Positions 61,717 to 64,000 of a DNA stretch of 64,000 bases are shown here, in pieces; position 1 is the stretch's first letter; every line of letters begins with the position of its first letter. This stretch comes from Sminthopsis crassicaudata (lineage: Eukaryota). Both the position numbers and the translations under genes were made by a program. Location: assembly GCF_048593235.1 (NCBI RefSeq), contig NC_133617.1, forward strand, positions 365,246,067 to 365,310,066, given 5' to 3'. Under the pieces are notes generated by a model. That model was not told where the DNA came from and did no database searches. It was given only the letters and a program-made list of their open reading frames with translations.

Positions 61717-64000
61717 TTCTTTTTTTTTTTTTTTTATTATATATATATATATTTTATAATATTATCCCTTGTATTCATTTTTCCAAATTACCCCCCCTCC
61801 CTCTATTCCCTCCCCCCGACGACAGGCAATACCATACATTTAACATGTGTTACAATATAGTCTAAGTACAATACATGTGTGTGAATATCATTTTCTTGTT
61901 GCACAATAAACATTAGAATCCGAAGGTACATGCAACCTGGGCAGACAGATATTAGTGCTAACAATTTACATTCCCCTCCCAGTGTTTCTTCTCTGGGTGT
62001 AGCTACCTCTGTCCATCATTGATCAACTGGAAGTGAGTTGGATCTTCTTTATGTTGAAGATTTCCACTTCCATCAGAATACATCCTCATACAGTATTGTT
62101 GTTGAAGTGTACAGTGATCTTCTGGTTCTGCTCATTTCACTCAGCATCAGTTGATTTAAGTCTCTCCAACCCTCTCTGTATTCCTCCTGCTGGTCATTTC
62201 TTACCGAGCAATAATATTCCATAACTTTCATATACCAAAATTTACCCAACCATTCTCCAACTGATGGACATCCATTCATCTTCCAGTTTCTAGCCACAAC
62301 AAAAAGAGCTGCCACAAACATTTTGGCACATATATGTCTCTTTCCGCTCTTTAGTATTTCTTTGGGATATAATCCCAGTAGTAGCGCTGCTGGGTCAAAG
62401 GGTATGCACAGTTTGATAACTTTTTGGGCATAATTCCAGATTGCTCTCCAGAATGGCTGGATTCTTTCACAACTCCACCAGCAATGTATTAGTGTCCCAA
62501 TTTCCCCACATCCCCTCCAACATTTGTCATTATTTGTTCCTGTCATCTTAGCCAATCTGACAGGTGTGTAGTGGTATCTCAGAGTGGTCTTAATTTGCAT
62601 TTCTCTGATCAGTAGTGATTTGGAACACTCTTTCATGTGAGTGGATATAGTTTCAATTTCTTCCTCTGAGAATTGTCTGTTCATATCCTTTGACCATTTA
62701 TCAATTGGAGAATGGTTCGGTTTCTTATAAATTATGGTCAGTTCTCTATATATTTTGGAAATGAGACCTTTGTCAGAACCTTTGTTTTTAAAAATATTTT
62801 CCCAATTTGTTACTTCCCTTCTAATCTTGTTTGCATTAGTATTATTTGTACAGAAACTTTTTAGTTTGATGTAATCAAAATCTTCTATTTTGTGATCAAT
62901 AATGATCTCTAGTTCTCCTCTGGTCATAAATTCCTTCCTCCTCCACAAGTCTGAGAGGTAGATTATCCTCTGTTCCTCTAATCTATTTATTATCTCCCTC
63001 TTTATGCCTAAATCATGGACCCATTTTGATCTTATCTTGGTATATGGTGTTAAGTGTGGATCCATATCTAATTTCTGCCATACTAATTTCCAGTTTTCCC
63101 AACAGTTTTTTCCGAATAATGAATTTTTATCCCTAATGTTGGAATCTTTGGGTTTGTCAAAGATTAGATTGCTATAGATGTACCCTTTTTTGTCCTTTGT
63201 ATCTAATCTGTTCCACTGATCTACCGGTCTATTTCGTAGCCAATACCAAATGGTTTTGGTGACTGCTGCTATATAATATAGCTTTAGATCAGGTACACTT
63301 AGACCACCTTCCTCTGACTTTTTTTTCATTAGTTCCCTTGCAATTCTTGACCTTTTATTCTTCCATATGAATTTTGTTGTTATTTTTTCTAGGTCATTAA
63401 AATAATTTCTTGGGAGTCTGATTGGTATAGCATTAAATAAATAGATTAGTTTGGGGAGTATTGTCATCTTTATTATATTCGCTCGGCCTATCCAAGAGCA
63501 CTGAATGTCTTTCCAATTATTTAAATCTGATTTTATTTTTGTGGCAAGTGTTTTGTAATTTTTCTCATATAATTCCTGACTTTTCTTTGGTAGATGGATT
63601 CCCAAATATTTTATACTCTCAACATTTGTTTGGAATGGAATTTCTCTTTGTATCTCTTGCTGTTGCATTTTGTTAGTGATATATAAAAATGCTGAGGATT
63701 TATGTGGATTTATTTTGTATCCTGCCACTTTGCTGAAATTTTGAATTATTTCTAGTAGCTTTTTAGCAGAGTCTTTGGGGTTCTCTAAGTATACCATCAT
63801 GTCATCTGCAAAAAGTGATAGTTTAATTTCCTCATTTCCTACTCTAATTCCTTGAATCTCTTTCTCGGCTCTTATTGCCGAGGCTAGCGTTTCTAGTACT
63901 ATATTGAATAGTAATGGTGATAGTGGGCAACCTTGTTTCACTCCTGATCTTACTGGGAAAGGTTGCAGTTTATTTCTATTGCATATTATGCTTACTGACG
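61717..64000 (-). mobile_element. Young L1 (3' 2.3 kb; continues past window end)
   Basis: Poly(T)/(TA) tail about 61717-61755, 3' UTR, uninterrupted ORF2. Confidence 0.97.
62073..63998 (-). CDS. L1 ORF2p C-terminal about 640 aa (RT FADD motif to cysteine-rich domain), 5'-partial
   Basis: [41 protein letters not shown]; the frame upstream of 63941 also reads open (SVSIICNRNKLQPFPVRSGV). Confidence 0.95.
   Translation of the reverse strand, partial: SVSIICNRNKLQPFPVRSGVKQGCPLSPLLFNIVLETLASAIRAEKEIQGIRVGNEEIKLSLFADDMMVYLENPKDSAKKLLEIIQNFSKVAGYKINPHKSSAFLYITNKMQQQEIQREIPFQTNVESIKYLGIHLPKKSQELYEKNYKTLATKIKSDLNNWKDIQCSWIGRANIIKMTILPKLIYLFNAIPIRLPRNYFNDLEKITTKFIWKNKRSRIARELMKKKSEEGGLSVPDLKLYYIAAVTKTIWYWLRNRPVDQWNRLDTKDKKGYIYSNLIFDKPKDSNIRDKNSLFGKNCWENWKLVWQKLDMDPHLTPYTKIRSKWVHDLGIKREIINRLEEQRIIYLSDLWRRKEFMTRGELEIIIDHKIEDFDYIKLKSFCTNNTNANKIRREVTNWENIFKNKGSDKGLISKIYRELTIIYKKPNHSPIDKWSKDMNRQFSEEEIETISTHMKECSKSLLIREMQIKTTLRYHYTPVRLAKMTGTNNDKCWRGCGEIGTLIHCWWSCERIQPFWRAIWNYAQKVIKLCIPFDPAALLLGLYPKEILKSGKRHICAKMFVAALFVVARNWKMNGCPSVGEWLGKFWYMKVMEYYCSVRNDQQEEYREGWRDLNQLMLSEMSRTRRSLYTSTTILYEDVF

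Noticed and set aside
1-64000. Endogenous retrovirus or non-retroviral viral element, CRISPR array, rRNA/tRNA genes
   Set aside because: No LTR pair, gag/pol/env or viral ORF seen; tRNA-like A/B boxes belong to SINE heads; no spacer-repeat array.

Overview
AT-rich, CpG-depleted mammalian genomic DNA. The repeat inventory points to a marsupial, probably an Australian dasyurid-like species (inference): MAR1- and WSINE1-like CORE-SINEs, RTE LINEs, marsupial-type L1, and abundant L2, L3/CR1 and MIR. No host gene could be named and most listed ORFs are repeat-derived or chance. The window is mainly nested retroelements. These are a young minus-strand L1 with an ORF2 frame open to the window edge (about 640 codons), a 4.5-kb L1 with both ends and a perfect 17-bp TSD but two internal deletions, a second internally deleted L1, a decayed near-complete RTE ORF with an inverted partial copy, and a hAT-type MITE with an 8-bp TSD. 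There are also many SINEs and microsatellites and two short assembly gaps. In unique sequence, the best signals are two phase-compatible candidate exons (58590-58653, 59754-59831), a kB-site/TATA/splice-donor cluster near 12.9 kb, a near-perfect 186-bp tandem duplication and a 23-bp palindrome. I found no support for a novel multi-gene system or an endogenous virus. Boundaries of old repeats are approximate (tens of bp) and family names are by eye.
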